A stretch of 64,000 nucleotides of DNA. It comes from Paraspadella gotoi (taxonomy: Eukaryota; Animalia; Chaetognatha). Positions 38,901 through 51,455 of this stretch are shown here, one piece after another (position 1 is the stretch's first letter; every line of letters starts with the position of its first letter). Location of the stretch: NCBI GenBank assembly GCA_051294375.1, contig CM119265.1, positions 2,339,268 to 2,403,267 of the forward strand, given 5' to 3'. The notes below the pieces were generated by a model, which was not told the origin of the DNA, made no database searches, and saw only the letters and a list, made by a program, of their open reading frames with translations. The position numbers were made by a program, and so were the translations under genes.

Positions 38901-41601
38901 AAGCCCTCGTCTCACTCCCTCACCTTTGTCCCGTCATCTGGTTTTCCTCGTCGTTGTCATTCGTCGCGCCCTGCCGTCGTATGTCGTCGTGTCGTCGTTT
39001 CTTCGCCCATTTTGACTTCACATGACGCTCTGTTTACGTGAATCGGCGGTCACCGTCCGAGATTGAAAAAGTCGACCACAACAAACGCCTTCGCGAGAGG
39101 AGGAGGAGGAAGGAGGACAAGGAGGAAGGGCGAGGCTATTACATTTTCAGCGTGTTGGTTGTTATTGCCCGCCCCGCGTTCTGTTGTAGCCGTCGTCGTC
39201 GTCGTCGTCGCGCGGCGTCCATTAATCCAACTCGTTTCCGTCGTCATCATCACTGCGTCGTCGTGTCTTCGTCGTAATGTCGACGTCAATTCGTCGGTGC
39301 GCAGGAAACGTTATAATAATACTATAATAATAATATAATATATAAAATAATAATAATAATAATAATAATAATATAATAATAATAATAATTTGATTGAAAA
39401 AGGGAGAAAGATACAACTGAGATTAGGTTTTGTAATATCAACAACAAAAATTCTTTAAATAGTTTAATTCTATCATTTATAATACATCGGTTGAAATTCT
39501 CGAACGACAGGATGAATTCTATACTTTTAATAATTTAATTTTTCTTACTATGAAAATCCTTCCTTAAAACGCCCACTACGGCATTCCGATGCGCGCGAAG
39601 CGACCGCGGCATTTCATTGCGATATTTCGTACGAGTAAACGATTATCGATGCAGAAAAAAAAAAGACGATCGGCATCGAAAGGAGATTATATACAGCGGG
39701 GATGATTAATGCGAGGCGCCTTCAAATTATCGCTCGCGAGTCCCGAATTATACGGGGACGTTGTCCCCCCCCTATTTTTTCTTTCTTCGGCTTATGTACA
39801 GTCGAGCTCCCGTTTCCTATTTCGCGACGCTTGATATGCTACTCTGTCTGAGTTTCTCTCTTTCGTACTCAACTCTTTAGTTTGTACCTCTTTACTGCCT
39901 TACTTCCCCTTTTTTTACCATAAGCGATGGTCTTTTCTAGGGCGTGCGTGCGGCGGCGGCGGCGTGCGGCGGCGGCGGCGGCGGGCGCGGCGGCGGCGGC
40001 GGCGGCGGCGTGCGGCGGCGCGGCGGCGGCGGGGGGCGGACGGCGGCGGCGTGCGGCGGCGTATCGGCTCCCGCTCCGGCAACGCGGCTCATATCTTTTT
40101 ATTAGGGAACTCATGTTTCCTGATTTTATGGGCGGCACTGATGGGAAATTGGGGGGGCAGCGTCGGACGCGGCTGCGGCGGCGGGCCTGCGCGGCGGCAG
40201 CGGAGGGAATAATCCATATTTTGACGGGAGTTATGACCGAATGTAGAGCAGTCGAGATGCGGGAGGAGAAAGGGGGGGAGTTGTGGGGAGGGGACGGAAA
40301 GGGGAAGGGGGAATCGGGGGAAAGGGGAAGGGAAAAGGGGAAGGGAGAAGGAAAAGGGGAAAGGTGGAAGGAAAGGGGAAGGGGGAATGGGGAAAGGGGG
40401 AAGGAAAAAGGGGCAAGGGAGAAGGAAAGGGGAAAGGTGGAAAGGAAATAGGGGGAAGGGGGAATGGGGAAAAAGGGGGAAAGGAAAAAGGGGAAGGGAG
40501 AAAGGAAAAAGGGAAGGTGGAAAGGCAAGGGAAAGGTGGAAGGAAAAGGAGAAGGGGGGAGGGGGAAAGGAAAAGGGGGAAGAGGGGGTAAAGGGGGTGG
40601 GAGAATGGAGGTTGGCGCGATGTGTAAGGTGTGGCGAGCGGTGAGCGAATGAGATGAGTGTCATAGTTATCCTCTGGGAGGGTGGAAATTATGTTCGGAA
40701 ACAGTTAAAAGGTGTTTGTTTTTTTTTTTAAAATAATTTCTACTACAAAATATCGAATCTTTTTTTTCATGAAAACCCCCATTGTTATTAAACTTTGCTG
40801 ACTATGCAATACGACAAATTTTTCTAATATTAATCAGCATAGATATACTCATATAACAATTTTATTTCAAGTAGTGGAAATCCCCAGAAAACATCTAAGG
40901 AATTACAGGATAGACCGGAATAAAACTGGATTTAACCAACAAAAAAAAATAGAATAAGAAAACGCCCCCCTTTTGTCCAAATGGGCGAATTTTTCCATAT
41001 AAAAAAATCATAACCACGTCGAGAGGAAACATGTAAACTCTTCCTGTTATATACGGGTTAGGCTTTCGTTGAGATATGACATTATATGCAACAAGGATTT
41101 TTCGTATTTTGAAACTTACGATACTGTTCTTAATGAACATGCTAATCGCTTTGTACGGATTCTTTATTGTGTTATATCAACGTGAAGTCTCAGCGCCAGT
41201 TTACGCGCGCCGACTATTACTCGACCACTACTGTTCAACTTCGTGTCAAATTTAAGTATTATCAATATGAATTTAATCAATCGGTATTAATTCTTTGTAC
41301 GTAGTTCGAACTTTTTAGGAAAGAAAAATTTTGCAATTCTCGTTCAACACGTAAAACCCATTTACGCGTCGGACTGAATAGCGCACATTTTTTACGGTAG
41401 GAAAGATTCTTCTCTTTCTCATCTCTCCTCTCAGCGAAAGAAAGGGGTTTTACATGTATGCACGGCTCCCTCAACTTACTTTTCTCTAGAACGAAAAAAA
41501 GTTTTTAACGCCCAGAGTAACGATGGTGCTCTTTTTGGCCTGTTTTCCCTGAAAAGCGTCCATTTAACATCATTAAATTACAAATTAGTTTTAGGGTTTT
41601 A

Positions 41602-42794
41602 TAAGGTCACCGGGATCACTCCATTCAAATTATAAACTAGAGGCTAAAACGCGGAGCTCCGGATTTCGAAAAGGAGAGCTCCTGACGATTCCGAAAATGT
41701 ATTCACTTTACTTATTTTTTCAACAGGCGTTTATCGTTTTTTTCGATTTTTTTTTTTTACTATATAAGATCAAGAAAGACCTCTATTCTGAAGTTGCACC
41801 GCCAAAACGGCTAAGGCCGCGTGTTTTTCTCATAAAAATCGGTTGGCATGGATTACTTTTTTAGGTCACGAACTGCCAATTCTATGAAAAAATACTTTCA
41901 AACTTGCCTCCTTCATAGAAAATTTGCAATTTTTTAGTCAATTTTGGGATAAATATCCTTGACTCATCTTTGAAAACGAAAACATTTTTTTCTTCCCAAA
42001 ACGCGCTCAAATAGAATCCTTCCCCCACCTTCCTTCTTGCCGCAAGATATTTTTTTCTTTAAGAAGAGTCCTGGTGGTTTGAGCTGGCAACTTTCGTTTT
42101 CTAAGCTTCTACTTCGTTAAGAAGAGTTAAATTCTGTACTCATTACTTTTGCAAGATTCACTAAACAGATCACAAGCACGGATGTGATGATAGAGTTTTG
42201 TTCAAAAGGCGCCGATGTCTTAAAAAATGGGGCTTCAGTTTGTAATTTTTTTTAAATTCAGATTTGATTTTTTTTTTAATGAGATCCCTAGAAAACTAGG
42301 GCAACCTATTTTATGGATTAGACGTTTACATAAAGTAAAAAGTTAAATTGAAATAAATTCGATAGAGTTTTTTTTAACTCATACAACTCCATAAAGCATA
42401 AAAAATTTGACCCATCTGAAAAAATGTGTAGAGTAGTTTTGTTTTAGACTTATTAGTGATACAACTCCCAGTTATGGATTTGTACCAAAGGAAGAATTAA
42501 TTAAGAAAGTCGAAATTGAGGCCTTACTGTAAAGAATCAGTTTTTAAAAGTTAAAAAATTTGGTGTAGAAATTTAGCTTCACATTTAAAAAAATATTTTC
42601 TCTAAAATTCCTAGTTTGTACCGAAGAAAAAAAATTGTTTAAAATTTTTACCTGAACATTTTTAGATAGAATTTTTAAAAGTTTTTGATTATTTTTTTAA
42701 TCGAAAAACCTCTTTACAAAGATGTAAGGAAAATGTGTAAGAATACAGTAAATTAAGATTTCCTACTATCTTAGTTTGAGTGATCCTGGCCTTA
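41602..42794. mobile_element. ~1.2-kb non-autonomous DNA transposon nested in a TTAGGG foldback element
   Basis: Imperfect TIRs taaggtcaccgggatcactc / gagtgatcctggcctta; AT-rich non-coding interior; both flanks continue the ttaggg-like sequence. Confidence 0.45.
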
Positions 42795-43317
42795 CAAGAT
42801 TCTATTCTATTAGTTAATGGATTAAGATAGTTATTACGGAATTGAGGTTGAGAGTTAGTGGAAAGGTTTAGGGGTTAGTGAAAAGGTTTAAGAGTGGGTT
42901 AATAGATTTGGGTTAGAAAGGTTTGGAACCCAAGATTTGGGTCAAAATACCGGGTTCTGGAATAAAAGGACAGAAATGAGGAGTTTTCGGAAATAGTGGC
43001 TATTTTTTTCGTCGAAGCTCAAATTTGGGTGTCATCGTCGTCGATCGTCGTCGTCGTCGTCATCGTCGTCTTCTTTGCCGTCAATGGCCGTTGGGAAAAG
43101 GCGGGAACTCAACTTTGAATTTGAAATTTGAAACGCTTTCGCCTTCCCCCCTTCTCCCCTTTCCGCCTTCCCCCCCTTCCCCTTTCCCGACCTTCCCCCC
43201 TTTCCGAGCCTTCCAATCGACCTCTCCGATCTCCCCCCCCCACCCACTTTATGACCCCCACTTTGAAAGTGCTTTCGAAGAAGCCATTTTTTAATCGAAA
43301 CCAGAATAATGCGGATT

Positions 43318-43359
<42 letters not shown>

Positions 43360-44501
43360 AGAGAGAGAGAGAGACGAGAGAGAGAGAGAGAGAGGGAGAG
43401 AGAGAGAGGAAAGAGAGAGAGTAGGTTTTGTTTAGAGGTTGTCGACGGGCTAACTATAGCAGTTATATACTATATATACTAAAGTATAGTTAGCATATAC
43501 TATATAATATAATAACTATAGCTGTCGGGGTATGAGTAAATTAACGTATTATATGAATACGCGATGAGTTCCATACTTATTTGACAAAAATTGAATTTGA
43601 ATAAAAACTCTCAGTAAAATTCTTATGAGCAATAATTGTTGTATTCATTTTTGTACAAAAATCATTTTATTAGAAATGATCGATTATGAAATATATATAT
43701 GTATATATAGTTATCCAAATTAGCAGTTTTTCTCTGATTGAATCTTTATAAAAATCTTTTGACTTTAATTAATATACTTGAACATAGCTTTGTATAGATC
43801 GGATGACGAATTCTTTTATTGCGAACTGACCCAATCTTTTATTTTGATGAAGATAATTTAATTAACTCGTCCTTCCTGACGCCTGCTAAAGTCCATCCCT
43901 GTATTTTCACCCTTCCTTTTTTTCTTGCCTGGTTTTGATCCTTTGTCAGCTCACTGTATCAGTTCCGGAAGGAAAAGAAAACGAAAAGACGACGGACGCA
44001 GACGAAGACAGACGATGAGCGAGCAAAAAGAACATCGAAAACAAAACGAAAAAAGAAAAACGAAAACTAAAACATAAAAAAAAACAAAATAAAAATATGA
44101 ATACCGTTAATGTCAACGCCGCAAATCAAAAGAATAAAAAATGACGGAACGACGGCTGGACACAAACCAATGACGGAACAGACGAACGACGATGACGACG
44201 ACAGATGACGACCGACGAACCGTCGATCGAAAAAAAACCACCTATGCAGTTTCATGAAATCCTCGTCCTTGCATCTGATTAACCTCCATGATTAATAATG
44301 GGGGGTTAAGGATGAGACAACATTTATTAGATTAGGATAATGCCTCGGATCAGGAGGAGGAGGGAGGAGAGGAGAAGAGGAGGAAGGAAAGGGGTAGGAA
44401 AAAATGGGGGGGTGGTTTGATTTATGGTTTGCTTCGGGAGACAGAGTTAAATTGACGCCGGGAGTCAAAAAAAAAAAATCCCTCTCTCGCACCCTTCCTG
44501 T

Positions 44502-44544
<43 letters not shown>

Positions 44545-45221
44545 CTCTCTCTCATCTCTCTCTCTCTTCACCCTCTCCGTTAGCTTTTCGGGGGAAAAAC
44601 TTTAATGAAATGGATATTTGAAGAAGGAAAAGAAAAAATGAAAGGAAAAATTTTCTTTGCCTTTCTTATTCTTTTTCTTTTTTTTTCCTTCCTCACTTTT
44701 TTCTGCTCTTTGCTTTTTCCTCGTCGATATTTCATCCGTGAAATTTTTTTTTTTCTTTTCTCACATTCCTATCCTTCGCACCCAAAGACTCCGGATTCAC
44801 AGACAGAGAGGCCTCACGGAGTGAAGACTCACAAGGCTCACCGGCCGTCGTCAAGGATTATATCCATAAGGCTTCGTCGGGGCCAATGACTTAATGGTCA
44901 CGCCGTCGGCGTTGGGCGTCCTCGTCGTGGAGGAAGCCACAGCCGCAGCATCGGAGGGGCAGCAGCTGCGGCGGCGGCGGGGCGGCGGTGGCGTCCTCGA
45001 AACGACGAAGTGTTGGGAAAGGATAAATGGGCGAACTGAGCGAAAGGATGTTCGAGATTTATGTCTACATCCGAAGTCATTCATCAAACGACGCATTCTC
45101 TCTCTCTTCTCTCTCTCTCGTCATTCTCTCTCTCCTCTTCTCCTCTCTCTCTCTTCTCTCTCTCTCTCTCCTCGCTCTTCTCCCTCTCTCTCTCCTCTCT
45201 CTCTTCTCTCTCTCTCATCTG

Positions 45222-45252
<31 letters not shown>

Positions 45253-46873
45253 TTTCTCTCTCTCTCTCGGCGCATGCTTCAAGATGCCGCTTAACTCGGC
45301 GTTGGCCCTTAGAAATTGAATCGGTGACCAAAATTTTGCGATCTCAGTGAAATAATATTGTAAGTTTGGAAAGCTAAGACACTACTAAAGATATCTAATG
45401 ATGCATGTTAGCTATTATTTTTATTAAACGTTTTTATATAAGTCTCTTTTTTTTCTTTCAACTCGTGAGAAACAATTGTAATCTTAGACTTATTATAAGT
45501 TTTCATTCAAGTTCTACGTAATGTAAGCTTGTATTTTTTTTATGAAAATCATGAGCAATAAACTCTTTTCTCCCCTCTCTCCGTCTCNNNNNNNNNNNNN
45601 NNNNNNNNNNNNGGATATATAATTACAAAATGGAGAGGAAATATGTCATAGAATCATAAGTAAACAGAAGAATATAGCAAAGTAAGATACAAATTAAATA
45701 AATTTAATAATCAATTATCAAATAAAGAACAAGACATATGAAAAGAGAGAAAGAGAGGAAGGAGAGAAAAGAGTAAGAGGGAAAGAGAAGGAATGGGAGG
45801 AAGAGGGAGTAAAAGGAGAAAGATAAAGAAGAGAAACGCGATAAATTATTGAATCGTATGAGGTACTAGAGGAAATACTATTAAGAGAAGTAAATTTATA
45901 TATAGGAAGTAAATGGTCTTTATATGACTGGACGAAGGATTTAAATGGCTCAGATTGGTCTCTCATCTGTTCTTCTATTACTAATCTTCTGTCAGATCTC
46001 TTCTATTCTTCAATCTATCCACAATCTATACAAATCATAAAATAAATAATAGAATAAAAAAATATTATAAGCATACAAATAAAATGAAACAAAAACAACT
46101 TAAGTAAAAAAGCAAATAATAAAAATTGAACTATAAATAAGAACAATATATCACACACAACAAGATATAATTCAATAAAAAAAAAATAAATAATAACAAT
46201 CAGAATCAAATAAAAATAAATCTAACAAAAATAATAAAATATAAATAAAAAATAAAAAATACACAATAAATATAAATTTCTTCTTCCTTTTCCTCTTTCC
46301 TCCATTCTTTTTCTTTCCTCTTTCCTCTCCTTTCCTTCCTACCTCCTCTTCTTTCTTCTCTCTTCCTCCTTCTCTTTCTCTCTTCTCCTTCCTCTCTTCC
46401 CTCCCTCTCCCTCCTCCCTCTACTTTCTTCTTCCTCTTCTCTCTCTTTCTCTTCCTCCTTCCTCCTTCTCCTTCTCCTCCTTCCCTCTTCCTACTCCCCT
46501 CTTTCCCATCCTTCCTTCTCTTTCTTCTTCCTCCTTCCTCCTTCCTCTCTTTCTCTTCTCCTCCTTACTCCCCTCGTTTCTCTTCCTCCCTTCACTCTCG
46601 TTCCTCCTTTCACTTTCCTCCTTCCTCTTTCCTCCTTCCTCTCGCTTTCCTTCTCTTTCCACCTCTCCTCTTTCTCTTCCTCCCTTCTTCCTCTTTCCTC
46701 CCCCTTCCTCCCTCCTCCAATTTTTTTTTCCAAAGATAAGAAAATTTTTGGGGAAATGAGTTTTCAAAGACAACGAAAAATTCTCTTTCTTTCTTTTTTT
46801 TTTTTCTTTCTTTTCTTTCTTTCTTTCTTTCTTTCTTTCTCTTCTTTCTTTCTTTTTTTTCTTTCTTTTTTCT

Positions 46874-46909
<36 letters not shown>

Positions 46910-47012
46910 TTCTTTCTTCTTTTTTCCTTTCTTTCTTTCTATACTTGAAAACCCTTTAGTACTTGTTTCCGTGCAATAAAAATTTATATCAGGTTTCTAA
47001 TCCTTTTTCGTT

Positions 47013-47046
<34 letters not shown>

Positions 47047-47935
47047 TTTCTCTCTTTCTCTCTCTCTTTCTCTCTCTCCCTTTTCTCTTTTCTCTCTTTC
47101 TCTCTTTCTCTCTCTCTCTCAACCATGGATAACCGATATTATCCCAGATTATTTCAGCTCACGGAGTTAAAGTTGCTGCTGTTTCGTGCTGCATAACCCT
47201 CTAATGCTGCGGCTGCCGCTGTGGCGGCGGCTGGAGCGGCGAATGCTGTCATCGTCCACAATTTAGTGATTCGGGGTGTGAAGAAATTCTTGACCTTCAA
47301 ATTCTACTCCTCCCCCTCCCCCAGGACCCAGGTCCTCCTTTCACACCTCCGGTCCTCCCCGCACCCTTGGTTGTCGAATCGGGCGAAATAAGTGGTCAGG
47401 GTCATTTCCGATATGGGGCACGTCAAACTCTGAATTGCCGAAGTGTGAAAGAAATATGTTGGTGTGAACTGAGCCAAAATTGGGGAAAAAAAATAACCTT
47501 TTTTTACCTCGGATTTTTCTTAACGGCCTAAACAGCAATGGGCCCAACCATCTGCTTAACCATTTTTGCCTTAACTTCAATGTTCGTGAAAAAACTGACA
47601 CGTTTTTCTTACCCCTTAACTACCACCTCTATCCCTTACCTACCAAATCTATCCCCTTACCTACCACCTCTACCCCCTTACTCGCCGCCTCTAACCTTTT
47701 ATTTGTCACCTGTACCCCCTTACTCGCACCTCTACCCCTTACTCGCCGCCTCTACTCCTTACTCGCCCCTTACTCGCCACCTCTACCGCATTATCTACCA
47801 TATCTAATCTTTTTACCCACTACTTGTACCCATACCCATCTCCTCAACCCCTACTCACCGTTCACCTCTTCACTCTAACCCTAACCCCCACTTCTGCCCC
47901 CTTTCCCTTCCACCTCTACCCCCCACCCACCACAG

Positions 47936-48305
47936 CTTCAAACGATCCCTCAAACGCGCATTTGCTCGTTGGTGTCGCGGTCGGATCGACTCCGTTGCTT
48001 CGTCGTCGCCGACGACGACGCCGACGCCGCCTCGACCGCGGCGCCGACCGAAGACGTTTCGGCGCCGCGTTTCGACGCCGGTGACGGCGCCGCCCTCATC
48101 CGCCGCGGCCCGGCGTCGCCGCCTTCGTCGCTGGGCGCCGGGTCGGCGGCGGCGCTGAAAACCGCCTCGGCGTTGTTGGCGTTGAAGTTGAGCGAGATGA
48201 GTCCGATAGAGGAGGAGGAAAAGACGCCGGCGACGACGCCGCTTTGGACGACGACGGCGACGACGACGGGGAAAGGGAAATCAATCAGTCGACAAAACAG
48301 TTACG
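47936..48305 (+). CDS. Exon of an uncharacterised Ser/Pro-rich protein (gene C; start not located)
   Basis: cacag|CTT... open frame LQTIPQTRICSLV...RQNSYG|gtgag; GC-rich, coding-like composition. Confidence 0.55.
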
Positions 48306-48703
48306 GTGAGAGATGATGAGGCTGGGGGGGAGGATAGAAAGGGAAAAAGAGGAAAGGTAGGATAGAAATGATGAGAGAGGATAGGGGATAGAAAAGGAAA
48401 GAGGAAAGGTTAGGATAGAAATGATAGAGAGGATAGGGGAGGATAGAAAAGGGAAAGAGGTTAAAGTAGTCGCTGATAATCATCTTCATCCCACTTGGGA
48501 TAAATAAAAAGTACAGACGGCAAATGAGGCAAAGAAAAGAAAGAAAAAAAATCGAGAATTTAGAAGAAGGACGATAAAGATAAATTGAGCCAAAGGAAAT
48601 AGAGAAACAATTTTCGTTTTCTTTTTTTCAGTCGTTTGATTAAATTTAAAAAATGGATGAAATTCCTCGTCCCATTTCTATTTTTTAACCCTCTCAATTT
48701 CAG

Positions 48704-50019
48704 ACGAAGACCAATCAAAAGAGGTCGCGGATCAAGCAGACATCGTTCTCGACCAATCAAAATCTCACGATTGTCGTGACCAAGCGAATTTTAACCTCGT
48801 CGAGGACCCGTTACATCTTCTTCAATCAAAGTCAAACCAGGAAGTCGTCTTGTTTCGCCCTCATCGCTTCATTTTCCGAATCTCAAGTCACCGACCACAT
48901 TTGCTAAATCTTCCTCGTCTCTTCATCAAATCAAACTCAAATCATCAAGTAGTTTAAATGAAACTAAAGACTTAAGTGCTAAATATCCCGCGTCATTTCA
49001 TCATTTAAATATAAAGTCTCCTACAAACTTGAATCAATCTAATAATTTTGATTGCAAATCTTTATTAACCATAAAACAGTCGAAACTGAAATCACCAACG
49101 ACTTTTATGGATCACAACATCTTGGAGATTAAATCTCCGCCGTCACTTGACCATGTTGATGAAAACGAAGCCAAACTGTCGATGATTCGTGAGCAATCTA
49201 CCAATTCTCTGGCCAAATCGCCCATCACTGTTTTTCGATCACACGATGGAGTTGAGCGTTCATCAAGAGTAAAGCCGATGGACACATCTGTAAGCGGAGT
49301 AGTTCGTGCCTCTAGCGGAGATGCTGATCGATTCGAGCTCGGGGTCAAGGAATCCGTAAAAGTCGAGCTCCCGGTTGAGATCGACTGGTTCGGTCAGTTC
49401 GAACTAGAAAACTCAAAACTGAGAAATCGAAACCAACTTTTAAATTCGGGCGACGAGATTCCAACTACGAAATGGAAAACAGAATCCGTCGCTCGTCCGA
49501 CGAATTTCTACCAAACGACAAACGCGAATCCAGAAAAAGAAATATTCGTCATCTCTCCAGTGATTCTCAACCAATCAACAGACTCTCGTTACACTAAATA
49601 TGGTCGATCGAAATTGGGCCAATCACGTGACGGCAATGGAGAAATGAGCCAAACACGTGACGGCAATGGAGAAATGAGCCAATCACGTGACGGCAATGGA
49701 GAATTGGACCAATCAGAAATTGGCGTGTTCTCTTCCAGTCTCTCGCACGAACGGACGCGGTCGTCATCAGTCGAGCGGAAGGGAAATGACGTTGAAGAGA
49801 CGGCGTCTGCTCCGGCGGCGTCGGCGGCGTCGATGACAGCGCCTTCGTCGAGACCGGCGCCCATAACGCCGTCGGCCTCGAATCTTCCCGGCGTCAAAAA
49901 AACGCCGACGACGCCGCCTAAAACGCGCGCGCGTTCGCATCCGGAAGCGAAAAGACGAAAGGAAATCGAAGGAGACGAAAATTGGGCTTCGATCTCTTTA
50001 GTATCGCCGCCAAAGAAAG
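48704..50019 (+). CDS. Large exon of gene C, with an apparent 1-nt frameshift near 48805
   Basis: tttcag| phase-1 acceptor gives DEDQSKEVAD...; joins ORF 49029-50027 if one base is restored in gaggaccc. Contains three copies of a 30-bp repeat (QSRDGNGEMS). Ends at a non-canonical GG donor or at the stop at 50027. Confidence 0.6.
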
Positions 50020-50489
50020 GGAAATGAAATATCGATTTTTGTTTAAGTTAAAATGTAATAATTAATATATATATTTAGCCTTATTTCCCCAGAGCGCCCC
50101 ATTACATCTTAAATTCATAATTAAATTAATTTTTAAGTTTATAAAATTAGGTTAAGGGTTAATCTTTGTGGAATAAGATTAAGGATTAGTCATTTGGGAT
50201 TAAGTTTTGGGTAAGGGTCAGGGACTAGGTTATCAATTTAATAATAGATAAATATTAGATATTATAATCCTTTCATTTCATTGTGGTTAAGATTTAGAAA
50301 AAAGTTTGAAATGAATTCGACAATGACATTTCAAATAAATCGTTGTCAAATTCATTTCAAACTTTTCTCTAGATAAATATTAAAAATTAGGGTAAAAATT
50401 TAATTTAGGGATATAGGAATAGAAAATGGGCGCTTTTGAAAAATAGAGCCAATAAATTTTTCACAAATCGATTTTATATTTCCCTCAAG

Positions 50490-51373
50490 ATCTCTTCACG
50501 GCTTTTAACAACACGTCTCACAATCACGTGACTTCTCCCAAACTTGAAATCTCTTCGCCTCAATCTGTGAACGAAAACAATACACGTCGCAGCTTTCACA
50601 AAAAAACGAATTTCTCGCCTCTAAATCAAAGTGTTTCCCCACCAAATCTAATGGTTTCCCCCATAAATCTTATTGCTTCCCCACCAAATCCTACTGTTTC
50701 CCTAACAAATCAGATGGCCTCTCCACCAAATCCCATTGTTTCCCCACTAAATCTTATTGAATCCCCTCCAAATCAGGTGGCCTCCCCACAAAATCTTATT
50801 GGATCCATGCCAAATCCCTTTGTTTCCCCAATAAATCTTATTGGATCCCCACCAAATCCCAATATTTCCCTTCCAAATCAAATTGCTTCCCCACCAAATC
50901 TTATTGTGTCTCCCCAACTTTCCGCCAAATCCCACAACCACATCGTCGCGCCATCTCCCGATTCGTCCTTTAACGATCCAACAACATCTTCAGTCGCCTC
51001 AATCGTCTCTTCAAACGCGACCGCGGCCTTCAACCCTCCGCCCCCAACGAGGTCCTCGAGACCTCCTTCTCAAGTCTCTTCCACAAATCCCTTCGCATCT
51101 TCGATCCGGAGCGACTCGACGATCAACTGGGCGTCTCCGTCGAACCTTCGACAATGTTCAATCTTCGCAAATCGGAAAAGCTTCGACGGTTTTGAGAATC
51201 GAACGGACTCATCGCGCGGCACGTCGGCGTCCCTGATTGGCCAGTCTGACGGTGGATATGACCAATCACGAAGCGGCATTTCTCATTCTCGCTCTTTCGG
51301 AGTCGAAGGAGCGGAATTTAGTCTTACGGAACCGAGGCACGTCTCTTGTCCAGTGTCACCGAGATCGAGTTGA
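50490..51373 (+). CDS. Terminal exon of gene C, with 13 SPxNxx heptad repeats
   Basis: ctcaag| phase-1 acceptor; open frame LFTAFNN...SPRSS*; 21-bp coding tandem repeat at 50636-50908. Confidence 0.65.
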
Positions 51374-51385
51374 TATCATTAGTCT

Positions 51386-51455
51386 TTTTAGTTGCGCCGC
51401 GAGTACTCGCCGAGCAACTCAATAAGACACTTTTCGGTCGGTCGGTATGTCAGTC
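51386..51455 (-). mobile_element. HINE/DINE-like element end, copy 3 (reverse orientation)
   Basis: tttttagttgcgccgcgagtactcgccgagcaactcaataagacacttttcggtcggtcgg is the reverse complement of the 4.8-kb and 25-kb motif. Confidence 0.6.

Noticed and set aside
36480-40660. Ala/Arg/Gly-rich and (GACC)n ORFs
   Set aside because: Simple-repeat and noisy sequence next to a gap; open in several frames on both strands.
44800-45100. GC-rich island with a vague PDZ-like peptide (GVLVVEE..AAASEGQQLR..INGR)
   Set aside because: Frames are interrupted and no consistent splice sites were found; it may be an error-laden exon of gene C but cannot be supported.
47150-47440. Coding-like island, including minus-strand KNFFTPRITKLW (LINE C-terminus-like)
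   Set aside because: Stops in all frames and too short to assign.
47936-47980. LQTIPQTRICSL resembling a Kv/KCTD T1 domain segment; the alternate frame FKRSLKRAFARWC resembling GPCR helix 8
   Set aside because: No flanking domain sequence was found for either.
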